Of a stretch of 64,000 nt of DNA, positions 40,401 to 55,622 are shown one piece after another. The notes beneath the pieces are model-generated. The model did no database searches and was not told the DNA's origin. It saw only the letters and a list, made by a program, of their open reading frames with translations. Position 1 is the first letter of the stretch, and each line of letters opens with the position of its first letter. A program made the position numbers and the translations under genes. The stretch covers positions 35,340,001-35,404,000 of the forward strand of contig OZ024747.1 of the NCBI GenBank assembly GCA_964016885.1, given 5' to 3'. This DNA comes from Eledone cirrhosa. Lineage: Eukaryota.

Positions 40401-43250
40401 CTTGAATTGTGGACAGCCTATGCTAGACCTATCTATTTCTCTACAAAATACTCTATCTAGATATGATCTGGATGACCCTATGGCGATTTGTCCAATTCCA
40501 CATTGGCACATTTGGGAAATCCAACCGGTACCTGTCAGCCAGTTGAAAACGCCTGAGTGGGTTGGTGAGGCTCTTGCACCCTCCTCCCCTATCCTCTAAT
40601 CCCACACAGCCCCAGCGTGCATCTAAGATCCCGTACCAGTCTCCCACTAACACTAAAAAGCGGGACGTTCCAAGAAAGGTCTCCAGACGCCGGAAGAAAT
40701 CAGGCCGCCCTGCTCCTGTCGGGGCATAGACGGCCACTAACCTGAAAGCTTGCCCGTCTCCGCTGGTCACGTCCAGCACCACCAACTTACCTTCTGGGTC
40801 CAGGAAGATGGCCCGTATGGCGAGAACCAAACATCTCCGAACAAGCACAGCAACTCCTCCCCCCGATCCAGGACGGCTGGGAGATGCGTACACATCGTAG
40901 CCGCGGAAGATCGGTACGAAGGCCCGTGCTTCGGAGGTTCTGCTCTCGCTGATGGCCACTACATCTATGTTTAATGACCTGAGGTCGTTGAGCAGGTGGC
41001 CCTGCTTCCAGGACGACCCCAAGCCACGCGCATTTATGCTGCCTATTCTGAGTGAGGTCATGTTGAAATGGAGTGGAAAAGATGGGAAAGACTACTTACC
41101 TTATTTTTCGTAGAGGAAGGATGGTTAATCCATCCTTTTCCCTGCTTCTGGCCACCTCCGGAAGGATGTCCTTATAAATCCTCCTGGAGAGTGCTTGTCG
41201 GAAATCTCCGATGTCTTTGGGGAATTTTTGTTTTAGTGTCGTGTACGTTTTCTGTGTGATGCGAGTGATTTGTATGTGTGGAGATGGTGTGAACTTTTGG
41301 GTCGTTGTGTGGTATTTTTCTGTGATGCTGGTGTTGTATTGGATGTAGTTTAATAATTGGTTGTTATTCAAATTTAATGCTGTGTAGTGTGTATCGTTTT
41401 GGTTGTTTTGTTTTGTTTGCGTTTGTTGTGGGTTTATTTCTGTTTCGCTTTTTGGTGACTTTGTGGTGTTGGTGATGGTGGTGTTGGGGTTAATGATGGT
41501 GATGGTGTTGGTGTTTGTGGTGATGGGGCTGTTGATGCTGGTGTGGATGGTGGCATAGCTGTCCTAACTTTTTTGTTTGATAATTTATTTGTTTCCCTCT
41601 GTATTTTGTTTTTGGAGGGGGAAGGAAGGGGATTTTTTTTCTTTTTTGGTTTCTTTTTCTTTTTTTTCTTTTTTTCTGATACCGTTTCCCGCTCCTCGTC
41701 GTCACAACCTGTCTCCAGTTGCGATATGTCGGGGAGTGGAAAATCCTCCACAGGCGTTTGTTGTGGTTGTGGCGTAGTGGATGGTGTAGGTGCTGGTGCT
41801 AGTTCTGGCGCGTTGGGTGGTGGTGATGTTGGTTTTGTTACTGTTGCTGGGGTTGTTGCTGTTACAGTTGCTTCTGTAGTTGCTGCTACAGTTGTTGCTG
41901 CCATTTCTGCTGCTGGTGGTGTTGATGGCTGAGTCACTGGGGTCGGTAAGAGAGGTGGCCTCAACCTTTTAGCCTGAGGGCAGAATGCCCTTAGATGGGT
42001 TCCTTCACCACAAACGACACACTCGGCCTTCTGCCCTCGACGATTACGGTGAGGTGGCTGCCGTCAGTGAGGTCTATTACCTCTGGGATCTCCTCAATGC
42101 TTTTTTAGTCTGCTTGGATCAGGAGCTCTATCCCAGATCCGGACCAGTTCTCCTGCTTTTCTTTCGCTATTTCGATTATCTTGGTGTTGGCTTCGATGGC
42201 GGCGAGGACGGCAGCCATTAGCCAGGGAATTTCGATGGCAGGTGGAACGTGGGTTACCCTGATCTTCACGAGTCTCTGGCCACAATAGAAAGGGATGAGT
42301 GTGAAGTCGTCACTTCTTAATGGGGCCATGGAGTGTTCTCTCGCCTCCTGTGGTGTTTCAAAGAACACGTCCACGGTTCCATATTTCTGCCCACGTCTGA
42401 TGTGGGTTTTTTGGCCCACACATGTCCCAAAGCTTTTCGGATTTGTGACTCGGATGCGCGTCCCACTCGCCGCGATTTTATGTTAATCGTCTGATACGAC
42501 ACGGTGCATAGGCACCGATGCTCCATTTTATTGGGTGGGATGAGGGGGGTGAGGCTGAACCTGTACCCATCTTTCTTTACCATTTTTTGGCTTCTTCTAA
42601 TTCCTCCTGAGTTACCTGGAATGCTTCGCACTTTTTTGCTACTCTGGCAAAAGACAGGGTTTTCTTATTCTCATTGCTGCTGTTGTTGTTATCGTTATTT
42701 TTGTTATTGTTAATTTTAGTTTCAGTTGTGGTGGTGGTGGCGTCAGTGGTGTTCGGCGTGGAAGAGTTCATTTTGGCTGAATTCGTTTCTATATCACGAC
42801 ATAATTAATTTTTTTCTTTTGTTTCTGTTGTCGCTGTGGTGGTGGGGGGTGGTGTCTTCAACACCTGCAGTCATTGGTAATGGCGGGAAATGAATGTCTG
42901 CCTGAGACAAATTTAAAATATTGCTACTGCTTATATTTTTAGTGTTGGCAAACGTAGTAATATTTACAATGGTGGTGTCGGTGTGAGGTGTTAGTTTGTG
43001 AGGAAGGGCCTCTCAGCTGGGAGTCGGCCATGATTTTTCAAAGAAATTTGTTTTTTGTTTGTTTGATAACTATAATAGTTTAAATTTTGGGCTCAAGGCC
43101 CCAATCTTTTTGAGTGTCCTTTTCAGAAAACAATGTATGTGCACTTATATACAGTTAACAATAAAAAAATTTCCATAATGGGAATTTTAAACAACTGAAA
43201 ATAACAAACCTTTGCGGAGCTCATGATAATACGATTTACTACGTAGGTAG
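37430..43250 (-). mobile_element. L1/Tx1-like LINE subfamily B, near full length (inactive)
   Basis: Divergent ORF1 ~41096-43031 (GQKYGTVDVFF; CFV...THLRAFCP). ORF2 37689-41061 with APE, RT (SAYADD) and CPRC...HALVQC. (ATT)n tail at 37397-37429. Confidence 0.95.
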
Positions 43251-43349
43251 CCAATAATAATAATAATAATATTAATAATAATTGTTTCTACTTTAGGCAC
43301 CAGGCCAGCAATTAACCAATGCATTACTGGTACTTTAATGGTTTGTTTA

Positions 43350-43545
43350 TTGACCACAAGGGCTAACATGAAGAAAATCATTACAAATACGATACAAAGT
43401 GGGGTTTGGTCGTGTAAAAAGGCTAGTTCACTCTGTAGGATCTGTAGAAAGAGTGAGATGAAATTGTGGCATACATCGTATCCGAGTGTAAACACCTAGC
43501 CCAGACTCACTATAAAGGCTGGAGACGATATGATAGGAAATGTGA
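43350..43545 (+). mobile_element. Fragment of an RLE-type (R4/Dong-like) non-LTR ORF: C-terminal zinc knuckle
   Basis: Frameshifted CRICRKS.EIVAYIVSECKHLAQTHYKGWR, matching the CRxC...ETxxHIxSxCxxLA..Y..RHD motif. Confidence 0.6.
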
Positions 43546-43829
43546 AGCTCTCTCATTTTTTTTTGTAATTTCTCTCAATCACCATAATAGGTCAGAGCTC
43601 ATGTGTGTTACTATTTCTCCTTTGACTAGGCGATGGAAATAAAAACTTTTGAAAGCCGCTTACTGCCAACATTTATTGTATTTATATATCTTGGACAATA
43701 ATAATTGAAAGAGTTATCGAAATATACGAAATTTTCTACTCAACAATACAAAAGGAAATCGATGTCTGTTAAAATAACTTACTACTGCCAATGTCTACGA
43801 TCATACGAAGTTTCCATGCTTAGGTAATA

Positions 43830-43965
43830 GGCCAGTGGCATAGCAGTGACGCTGTTGGACTTAGGATCACAATATCGTGAGTTTGATTCATGGGCTGGGT
43901 TTTGTGTTGTGCTCTTGAGCAAAACACTTTATTTCACGTTGCTCCAGTATACTCATGAAAATGGG
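43830..43965 (+). mobile_element. Second tRNA-derived SINE family, decayed
   Basis: A-box-like GTGGCATAGCAG, B-box-like GAGTTTGATTC, then TGTGCTCTTGAGCAAAACACTT. Confidence 0.55.
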
Positions 43966-44452
43966 TCAGAGCAACAGCTACGATATATATATTGCCTTAT
44001 AAGAGATAAGGCAATATATATACACAATATATATACACTATATATACACTTTAAAAATAGTATATGGTATATCAACATTGCTATTGTTGTTAAATGGTGT
44101 TATAAAATACAACGACAATTATGATTCATATATTTATGAGCAAAATTCAAATTTTGTACTATCGAACTTGTTTTATAACAACGTCATCGATATTTAAGGA
44201 ACACTATGTATATTGCAGTAGAAGGTTATGTTAATAAGTATAGACAAATTCTGCATGGAAGTAGAAGAGTTGGTTGGACTTAATAAAATTCCTTTAGATC
44301 AATCGATATCTGTTGCCTTTCCTCAAATATAAAAGATATAGATCAAATGGAACACTAATAGAAATAAATATATAAATGAATAAAATCTGAAATATCGATC
44401 TATTTATTGGTTCACAATCAAATATGCATAGATACTACATATAAAATTATAT

Positions 44453-44488
<36 letters not shown>

Positions 44489-46239
44489 CTGTGTCTGTAT
44501 ACGTGTGTGTAAGTTTGTATGGATATTTCGCATGTGCGCTTGTGTCTCGTATTGATCGAGTAGACTACGCAATCGACCACAGCTATGAGGAAAGATGTTA
44601 GCAGTGTATATATAAAAAAATGTTTATGGCCAAACCACAGAAGAAATAAATAATAATTCAACGATATGAATGAATAAAGAAAGAAAAAATTAATAAATAA
44701 CAAGATAATAATACATAGAATATTATGCGTATATGAAATATAGAGATATTAGACACATGTTCATATATCAAGTATTAAAATTTATTCAACTTTTATATTT
44801 ACTATGGAAAATTTCCGAATCATTGACAAACTATGTTAACAGTGTACATTAACATTCTCATGACTTTTAGCAATGAGACATATCGTACTTTATATGAGTT
44901 ATTGCAAAGCCGCTTAGAACATTTGTGTTTTTTCTCTTTCCATTTTTTTTTTTAAATGGTCAGTTCACCGTGTTGTAAACATTCTAAATGAAAAATCCCG
45001 AATCGAAATAGAAAACAATTGATATATAACATAACTAGTTAATATTCCAATGTTGTTTCTAACAAATTAGTGATATATCGTCCTAAAATAATATCAGATA
45101 TTCTGATATTTTGAATCAGATGTGCGCAATCATTCAACGTTCCGGTAGAATTACACTAGACATCCATTAATGAAATGAATTAATCATATTCCATGCTGAA
45201 TATGAATCAGTTATGCATATAACTCATTCATCATGGAGTCTATTTTGAAGAAGGTAAAAAAGGTGAAACAACGTCATTATAATATTATAAACTAATACTT
45301 TTAGCAGTTTTCTGTATTAACTAGTAATTATTTGATATTTTTGATGAACATATCAGTAACGAAGCTGCATCGGATTCATAAGTTTCGGACTGAACTCAGG
45401 TGCAATAATTAATTGGCATTACAAGATCAGCATATTTCGAGCACAGGCTTTAAAAAAGGTTTAACTGTAATATTGATACAGTTCTCTTTGCACCATTGAA
45501 GAAGGAAGCATTCGTTGTCTTTTTCATTAGAAATTACCTGAAAAGTTGCAAATGACTGAAGTGCCATGGAAAATGGACACATTCAACTGTATATCAGCTC
45601 CAATATTTTGTGGGTGAATTGGCGCAGGCAGAAATACAAACACACAGACCCAAACGCATACATTGAGAAAGAGAGGGTGAAAGTGTGAAAAAAAGAGAGC
45701 GGGAGAAAGAATGATAAAGTGAGAGAAAGAGGAGTAGAGGGAGATTCTAATTGATACGTTATGCATGTAGAGGGAAATAACTTTTAATAAGTAACGAAGA
45801 AATTATAATTTGTAATGAAGCTCAATTATTTAAAGATAATATACTAGTAAAGCACCATATACGCTATCTTCCCATAATAAACATTATATTCATTCTGTAT
45901 ATTCCTCCTTAATACATTTAATCGTTATATATGTATTAACACACTCACACACACAAACACACGCACACACACATCCGCACACACACACATCTATATATAT
46001 AATGGAGAGATTTGTCGATAAGCCGATTTAGCCACACATCTCTTCATATCTCTTTACGTTTGACAATCATGAAACTTCTGAAACCGGTAAAGTGGCAATT
46101 ATAGCAAATAAACCTTTTTAGAGACTCCAATGATATGTTCAACTTATTTTCCTAATACCAGTTACAATACACACATACAAAATAAACTTCAACGCACATA
46201 TACTGTAAACACATTCAAACGTACAATCACTCACACATG

Positions 46240-46760
46240 CGGTCCATTCTACAGGGGCCCCCGAGTGTTTAATAGCAAGAGCCCCGGCTTTGAAGAGCAC
46301 TCTATGGCCTTTTCCTTGTGTTCTATGTCATCTTTGATGCATTTCAATGCACCTTCAACTTGTCCCGGCTGGCAAGTTCCGCTTTTCAGGTCTGCACTGA
46401 AATTCATTTATCATGCTATGTCCTACATTGCGTTGCTGCAGTTACTTCGTCCGGACGGTTAGGTTGACCCAGTATGTTTCTCGCATAATCAGTTTCCACC
46501 TGGGCCAAATCTGGCTCCTTGTCTCAAATGTCTATTTGAAAAAATGTTTGCTATTTACAACCGTAGCTGCAAATGAGTTGTTCGTGTTGCTGTTGTTGCT
46601 GTTCAAGTTGGTAGCAGACACTTTTGGCTTATCGTCTTCCTTTTTTTCCTTGTTGTTGGTGGTGTTTTTATCGTTTTCACCGTTGTCATTGTCGTTGTTG
46701 GTGTTGTTGTCATTATTGCAGCTGTTGTTGGTGTTATTGATGTTGTTGCAGTTGATGATG
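46240..46760 (-). mobile_element. Decayed ORF1 fragment of Tx1-like subfamily A
   Basis: FAATV...WKLIMRETYWVNLTV...ISVQT*KAELAS aligns with the ORF at 18289-18933. Confidence 0.7.
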
Positions 46761-46767
46761 AGAATAA

Positions 46768-46985
46768 TAATGGTTTCTTATATAGGCACAAGGCCAGCAA
46801 TTTTCGGGTAGGGAAAAGTCGATGAAATTGAACCCAGTGCGTGACTAGTACTTTATTTTATCGACCCCGTAAGAATGAAAGGCAAAGTTAACCTCGGCGT
46901 CATTTGAACTCAGATCATAAAGGACGGTAACTCTTTGCGGCAAAGCATGGCGTCAACCCTCTACCGTTACTGCCAATCCACCACC
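46768..46985 (-). mobile_element. SINE (longer variant)
   Basis: Same family with an extra ~25-nt internal segment. Confidence 0.85.
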
Positions 46986-47510
46986 CTAATGATGACAATA
47001 ATAATAATTATGATAATAATATTAATAATCATATTGCAGTACGGAATTGCCAGATTATTTCTGTTTCTTTAAATGTGGCTGGAGAACAAAAGAATCATAA
47101 TTCAAGACGTATGATATATTGATATTCCTTGTAATTATAACAAACAGCAATGCGACGTTTTGTGACATTGTCAGCTGGTGACCTGCAAAAATGTTTCTAT
47201 TTCCGTTTCAGACTTTTTATCAGACATCTGGTGCCAGTTTAGATAACGAAAATCTGTAGTTCCGTTAATATTTTCTTTTGTTTGTGTTATTATTATGATT
47301 TTCTATTTTATACCTCTTTTAAATAGATTTTCTTAGGTAATTATTGATACCATAGAACCAACTCGCGCGCAGAGAGGAGAGACACACGGACAATCAATCG
47401 CAAGCATTCTCATAATCCCAAGGATACATACGTACATACACCCACTTACTTACATCCATATATATATATATATATATATACGTGTGTGTGGGGGGGGGTG
47501 TATGTGTGTG

Positions 47511-47548
<38 letters not shown>

Positions 47549-47552
47549 TGTA

Positions 47553-47770
47553 ATTATTTTGTTATAGAAATGATTTCTACAGGAGTAGATATGTTTCATT
47601 CGTAAGAAATCATTGTAGAAATTGTGATTATTTCATACGAATGAAACATTTCTCCTCTTGTAGAAATGTTTTCTATAATGAAATAAATATATCTATATTC
47701 TACCTAACTTATTGAGTATTTTATTTGTCAGTGATTCCTCCCTATCTACATCAGGAAATTATACATATTA
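47553..47770 (+). mobile_element. Fold-back PLE-end-like fragment
   Basis: Inverted arms ~47553-47611 / 47627-47688, then a tail containing TTGAGTATT; ends at a TA-rich tract. Confidence 0.55.
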
Positions 47771-47797
47771 TATATATATATACATATTATATATATC

Positions 47798-47979
47798 AGT
47801 GGATTGGCAGTATCGGTAGAGGGTCGGACGCCATGCTTTGACGCATAGAGTTACGGTCCTTGCCATTCTGAGTTCAAATCCCGCCGAGGTTAACTTTGCC
47901 TTTCATCCTTACGGGGTCGATAAAATAAAGTACCAGTAATGCACTGGGTAATTGCTGGCCTTGTGCCAAAAGTAGAAAC

Positions 47980-47983
<4 letters not shown>
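47798..47983 (+). mobile_element. SINE, well-preserved copy
   Basis: A box TGGCAGTATCGG, B box GAGTTCAAATCC, 3' GGCCTTGTGCCAAAAGTAGAAACAATTA. Partial copies at 19380-19441, 28832-28885, 43280-43337, 51740-51860 and 54735-54797. Confidence 0.92.
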
Positions 47984-48013
<30 letters not shown>

Positions 48014-49891
48014 CATTGTTTATTTGTTACACTTTGATCTGCATTTATTTCTTATTTCTTAGATATTTTCTTATTTACTTCCATGTTTGCTCCCATGAAT
48101 GTATGATTACATTTAATATTCTTTATATACATATCCTTAGTTTTTACTCAACTGCTACCTAAACTTATTTCACAACACTAGGCTATTACTTTCTATACTG
48201 TGTTCTTTTATTCTGAATTCACTTGTACACGTTTGACCTTAGAGTTATCCAGTGACTCTTACAATATATCACACGCCCCCGCTACAAGAAACATTTGCTT
48301 TCATTAACTACGCTTCACTATCTCTTTCACATATTTATCAACCATTTACTAATTGTCTATATATATTTAGATATCAATTTATTTATTTAATTATTCACCT
48401 CACCCACGTATGATTCACTCTACCCAGTTAAGATTCACTCACCATGTAACATATTATAATAATTATTTAGAGACATAAGTACGTTGTAGTATTAAGCTAT
48501 CTATCTATATCTAACCTACATATATTTTAGTGTGGGATGAGATGATATCCGATATGAATTCAGAACTAAACAATGCATGGAACCCAGGTTAGCATGAGAT
48601 TGTATATAGTTTCTTTTCCGATTACATTAAACCCTACTTTGATTTAATTTTACTACATTTATGCTTTCACACGACTCTATTATTAACATCACTGATATGA
48701 ATAACTAATAATCATTTGGTATACGTTGGATAAACGATTGACTGTGAAGGCTTTCCCACTTGCACTCGCAACGACTGGGTTTGTCCACCTTCCTGGCGCG
48801 CTTGGAAAAATAAATTTTCCTATCTTTAGGAAGACGAACATACTAGGAAAGCTTGGTAGGCCCTTGAGCCTTGGGTAGACCGGGAAATCGTCATTTCACA
48901 CGTTATTGAACGCCAATCAGCATTTCTGTATATAATATAGTTCAGGACAATTTCTCACCCACTAGGAATATAATATCGAGCAGCGCAAATAACCCAAAGC
49001 TATATAGTGATCTAATCTAATTTTATGTAGCTTTTTTTTTTTTTGTACGTTCAGCTTTACACAACTCTATCTTTAGAATCATTAACATAACTAGTGTTTA
49101 TAAGAAATAACTGTCTGGCATATGTTGCTTCACCGGCCAACTGTAATGCTCTTCTGGTCACATAGGGCATGGGTCTATGGGCGTTTTCTGGAGTGTTTGG
49201 ACATAATACTAATTTCCCTATTCCCGATATGAGATTTTACTCGGAAGTGTTCGTGGGTTTATGAACCTGCGGTGGCTGTGAAGGCATTATTTCAGTAGCT
49301 AACGAAAGACAAGCCACACCCATTTCTCTACATCACAAACACACTCTGATGGAATGCAAACTTTTATTATGACTATCAAAGATATATATAATTTTTACAT
49401 AAATGCTTCCTTCTCATAATTCTTTAATTAAATCTTTAGATTTTAAAATTAAATTTTACATTTTAAAATTAAATTTTACATTTTTAATCTTTAATCGTAA
49501 CTTTAATTTTAACCTTAAAATTGTTTAGGTTAGAAGTTCTGAATTCACCCCACTCCCGCCCGTTCTATTTTTATAGAACTTTAGGCTGACCCCAACTGAA
49601 TATATTTCTCTGTAACCTGATCGCCTTTACTACTAGCAAGTGTCCAAATAACAGTGAGTGGCAGGGTAGTAGTAATAAACATAATAAGCATACAACCCCC
49701 TGACCAAACCGGTAAAACAAAATTGATGAGAATCCTAACTCGAAGGTGGTCAGCCAAACTGACAACAAATGGCCTTTTTGATCGCCTTCTAGTCAAACAG
49801 ATTTTTCTGTCTTGTTTCTTTATATATATCATTATAGACTCTTGGAATGTGTTTAACATTATTCCTTTATTAAATAACGTTTATACAATAA

Positions 49892-49950
49892 ACACCTGAT
49901 GATGTCACCAGGATCTTAAGTAACCTGGCCTCTGAAATATAGATAGTGTC
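49892..49950 (+). ncRNA. Decayed minimal hammerhead motif near a PLE-like 3' end
   Basis: ACAC-CTGATGA-...CCAGG...CCTGG...-GAAA-TATAGA-TA^GTGT; ~65 nt upstream of (TA)n. Confidence 0.6.
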
Positions 49951-50032
49951 TGCTATAATAAATCTTTGAAGGAATTTCACCATCCAGCCTCCAGTCATTT
50001 TACTCAATGTTTACATATATATATATATATAT

Positions 50033-51006
<974 letters not shown>

Positions 51007-51007
51007 T

Positions 51008-51058
<51 letters not shown>

Positions 51059-51059
51059 T

Positions 51060-51157
<98 letters not shown>

Positions 51158-53058
51158 GCGTAAATAAAAGTAAGAAATCCAAAGAGATGGATGGACGTTG
51201 GATTAAAATTTCAGTGATAAATATTGATTTCTGATTTAGGCACAAGGTCAACATAGATTGATAAATAGTAAAGTGTGTAAATGTGTATGTGTGTATGTGT
51301 GTATGACTGTATGTTTGTGTGTGTTTGTGTTTTCTTATGTGTGTGAGTTTCTTTGCTGTAGGTGTGTGTGTGTATCTGTGTGCTTGCGTGTTACTAGATG
51401 TACCATCATATGTTATGTCAACTGTTATTAAGTACTGATTTTTCTGACCTGTACTGGCAATATTTGTTGGATTATATTGTGTGCGTTACTACTAAGCTCT
51501 TCAGACACATTTGTTATTCATTGACACATCAATCAGACTCATGATAATCCAGGAGACTTAGGGACAGCCTAACAAAAAATATCATTTAAATATTATATGG
51601 TCAACATACCAAATTTCAACTCATATAAGTTTGCAATCGGATTCATGCATTACTTTTAAATCAGAACAAAGAAAGCATGAGTAATCATTTTGAAAATTTA
51701 GTTTCGTCTATTCCCGGTTGTTTCGACCGGAGAAAGAGTTATGCAGCATTAGTTTCGGCTCTCGTTTCACTGAGTTCAAATCGTGCCAATCTCAACTTTG
51801 CCTTTCGTTTCATCATTCACGGTCGATAACATATTTCTAGTCAAGTGCTGCTGTCGATTCTTCCTCTATATCTCTTTCTGCTCTGGAGAAAAACTGTTGT
51901 ATTGACACCAGGAGAAGAAATGCAACCCACAAACACCGTATGTGAATACGGTTAATCTATGACACGCTAACGAGTTATGGAAGGACGCACCTATGCATAG
52001 TAAACCATTTAATATGAAACTGGCTTTGCATATAGTCAGAAGGAATAAGTAATTAGGCTTGTGTTGATGCTTTGTCGTAGATCCTCTACTTCTTTAAAAC
52101 GAGAGATCACATCTATGTACAGATTCATAAAACCCTTCTTTAATGCTTCTTCCAATATATTATGCACAGTAATTCCAGAAGTCGACTCCATATCGTACCA
52201 TCTTTTTCCCAGCATGGTGTTATTTCTTCATGACACATTCAATATTTCACCACTTTAAAAATTGTTAGAGTAGTATTTGTGAAATATTTGTGCTATAAAT
52301 CCAGCGATCAATAAGATGTTCATTTGCTAGACCGTACGGTGTTTTATCATGGCGGTAGTTATAACCATTCACATATGTTTACCAGTCATTGGTGGCGGGG
52401 GTGATGATAGGAGTTGATAATATTGATGAAGATATTGACGAGGATGAGGATGATTATGATTATGTTGCCTACAGCGACGACGACAAAGAATGCGATGAAG
52501 ATGAGGATATTGGTAATGATGGAGACGATGCCGGTGACAATGTGGCAACTGATATCGATGCTGATGATGGATGTATTAATGATGGTAGCGATGGTGGCTT
52601 TGATAATAACGATGAACATTACTTTATGACATTTACTTTTCTCTTTATTTCTCTTTGAATATTCATCATCTTTTTTTAAATTTTATTTTGGTATGTTGAT
52701 CCTTCTTTTCGAAGAAACCAATTAATTTCCCTTTAGCTAGTAATGGCATCAACTTTTCTTTTATGTTCCTTTTCAAGAGGAAATGGTGAGATAGACTCAT
52801 TCTCCTCTAATGCGAAAGAAAGGCTGAAATCATTCAAGCTATGTGAGAAACGTATTAACACTACTACACCAATAACTTTTATATGATAGAAACTTTGAAG
52901 GAACATCATCTGTTTTAGAAGACAGCTCTTCAGAAAATTAGACAAAAACTGAAACTGAAAAAGCACCAATAAATTAAAGTTAAATCTAATTAATCTCTGT
53001 ATTTCCGTGCATCTCTAAAGAAGGATAGAGATAGAGAGACGAATGGAATGAGGAATAA

Positions 53059-53164
<106 letters not shown>

Positions 53165-53198
53165 ACACGGGTGTGTACGATTGTGTATAGAAGATTAT

Positions 53199-53496
53199 AT
53201 TAATAAAAGAAATTCCAACTTTGTCTGATTTACTCGTTTTATTTACAATCCTTTAAAATGTATAAAGGTATTAGAATGAAATAGTATGGTAGAATATTAA
53301 ATGTTAAGTGTTAATTGGACAAGTACTTTCACTACTTTTGCAATCTTCAGCTTCATATTCTGTGGTGATAGTACATGTTCAATTAACACTTAACATTTAA
53401 TATTCTACCATACTATTTTATTCTAATACCATTATCAATTTTAAAGGATTGTATATAAAACGATTGAATCAGACTCAGTTGGAATTCCTTTTATTA

Positions 53497-53497
<1 letters not shown>
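53199..53497. repeat. ~130-bp inverted repeat with a decayed hammerhead-like core in the spacer
   Basis: Arms 53199-53327 / 53370-53497; the minus strand at 53320-53350 reads CTGAAGA-TTGCAAAAGTAGT-GAAA-GTACT. Confidence 0.65.
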
Positions 53498-53562
<65 letters not shown>

Positions 53563-53602
53563 AATAAATTATACAATTATCAAAGTTGTGTTCAAACCAT
53601 TT

Positions 53603-53654
53603 AATAGCTGACAATCGTTTCTTCCAAACTCTCGTTTGGATTCATCGGAGCATT
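53603..53654 (-). ncRNA. Hammerhead motif with a CCGATGA core
   Basis: AATGCT-CCGATGA-aTCCAAAC[GAGA]GTTTGGAa-GAAA-C[GATT]G-TC^AGCtATT. Confidence 0.7.
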
Positions 53655-53930
53655 ATCAATGTTTGTACATATAATTAACCTCCTATTCAACTGAACAATA
53701 ATATAGATACATATAAATTGATGGTGTGAGCAACAGTTTCGTATTTACAGGGTGGAATGAATGTGACATATATTTTACGAGAATTGTACAATAATTGTAC
53801 AAACATTGAAGTTCAAATTCAAGTTATAATTAAATTAAAATCAAAAGCACGGAGTGGAATACATGCAACAGATAAAATAAGAGAATAGTCCAATTATTAA
53901 AGAGGCATTGAGAAAGTAGTTTTGAGAAAG

Positions 53931-54007
<77 letters not shown>

Positions 54008-54178
54008 CGAAGAATGAACGATGACGTGAACTTACCCTCAAAAACACTTTCTGGGCCATGTAAGGAACACTTTTGGTTATTTATGCCCTTGAGAATCCCA
54101 ACCGGGCGAAAGGTACGTAGGTACTGTTATAAATAAACCTATATTAACGGTCTGTTCTCCGATATGTTACTTTTCCAC

Positions 54179-54285
<107 letters not shown>

Positions 54286-54287
54286 TA

Positions 54288-54462
54288 TAACGAAGGAAAT
54301 GTGGTAAGGAACCAGGGGAACCATAACGCACCAAAGTACTCAATACTTGAGGTAGTAGAGTGGGTAATAGGAACCAGTAAGACCCCGACAGCTGAGCTCA
54401 AGCCGTTTCGACGGCTAATTCTGGACATAAGCTTGAGCTCAGCTGTCGGGGTCTTACTGGTT

Positions 54463-54466
<4 letters not shown>
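54288..54466 (-). mobile_element. Fold-back PLE-end fragment, same family as 2336-2535
   Basis: Arms 54367-54403 / ~54430-54468; GAAA-CGGC-ttgagctca-GCTG-TC; (TA)n on both sides. Confidence 0.7.
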
Positions 54467-54558
<92 letters not shown>

Positions 54559-54585
54559 ATGTATAAAAATCAATACAATATAATT

Positions 54586-54650
54586 ACCTCATTACCAGAG
54601 GTTTCCCGAATGAGGCGAATACGAAATAAACGACTTCATTCGTTCGTCAT
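54586..54650 (-). ncRNA. Decayed hammerhead-like motif
   Basis: aTGACGA-aCGAATGA...TCATTCGg-GAAA-CC[TCT]GG-TA; C3 mutated and stem I poor. Confidence 0.45.
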
Positions 54651-55622
54651 TAAATTTCAATACTTATATATATATATATGTGGAAAAGTTAGATATCGGA
54701 GAACAGTGGTGGCCATCATTAATACCAGAACTATGAAATAAAGTACCAGTAATGTACTGAATATTTGCTGGCCTTGTGCCAAAAATAGAAACAATTATAT
54801 ATTAACCGATCTACCGTAGTTTTACAAAGATCTGTGAAGATAAAATATTAGCTGCAACAGCAGAAGTATTAGAAATTATATTAGTGTTAAGTTTGTTTCT
54901 GTTTTCAATGCAGAGTTTATCTCCTTAGTCAGTAAACAATGAATATATTTGAAGATACTTTATTGATTTAGAATGAGAGGTTGTAGGGAAATAAAAAATT
55001 TACATTTGCAGGTTACTCTCAAATTTTCATTTTTCTATTGCGTTCAAAATGGGAATGAAAAACACTTTCTCACCTGTTTTTTGCATTATTCTCTTGCTTT
55101 CGATTAGAAACTAAATTTATAAACAAGATTATATTGTTAAATATAGCATCAATTATTGCATGGGTTCCTGGCATGTAACGTTCTAATTCTGGCGAGTAAA
55201 GAAAATTACTGGCTTACACCATGCTGAGATTAAAATGCAAGGAAAATTGCCTTTTAGAACTGTTCAATTGCAGTGAGAAACTTTACACATCATTATTGAT
55301 AAGTTTCCTACTTCACCCGCAGCCGAAATAAAATCAATATTTTCATTTAATTTTTTAGAAAGCAGACCACCTATGACAAAAATATTCGGATATTAATTTT
55401 TCTCAGTATCCGCGTCTAAAACCCACATGTGTGGTCGTAATATCTTAGAATACTAATAGATTTGTTACCGACCCGCTGGACAACGAGCCAGACACTTGAA
55501 GTTTTGCAATGATATTTTGGTTAAGGCACAAGTTCAACAACTTTGGGTGAAGTTGAATGTCCATTAAATCGACCTCACTGCGTTAGAGTTATTTTATTTT
55601 CTGAACCCATAAGTGCAGTAAT

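Noticed and set aside
45530-45650. Possible minus-strand exon ending CAG|GTAATT
   Set aside because: No convincing acceptor or recognisable peptide.
47798-47890. tRNA-like sequence
   Set aside because: It is the SINE head; no complete cloverleaf.
52389-52658. Acidic D/E-rich ORF
   Set aside because: Degenerate (GAT)n low-complexity repeat with no splice or homology support.
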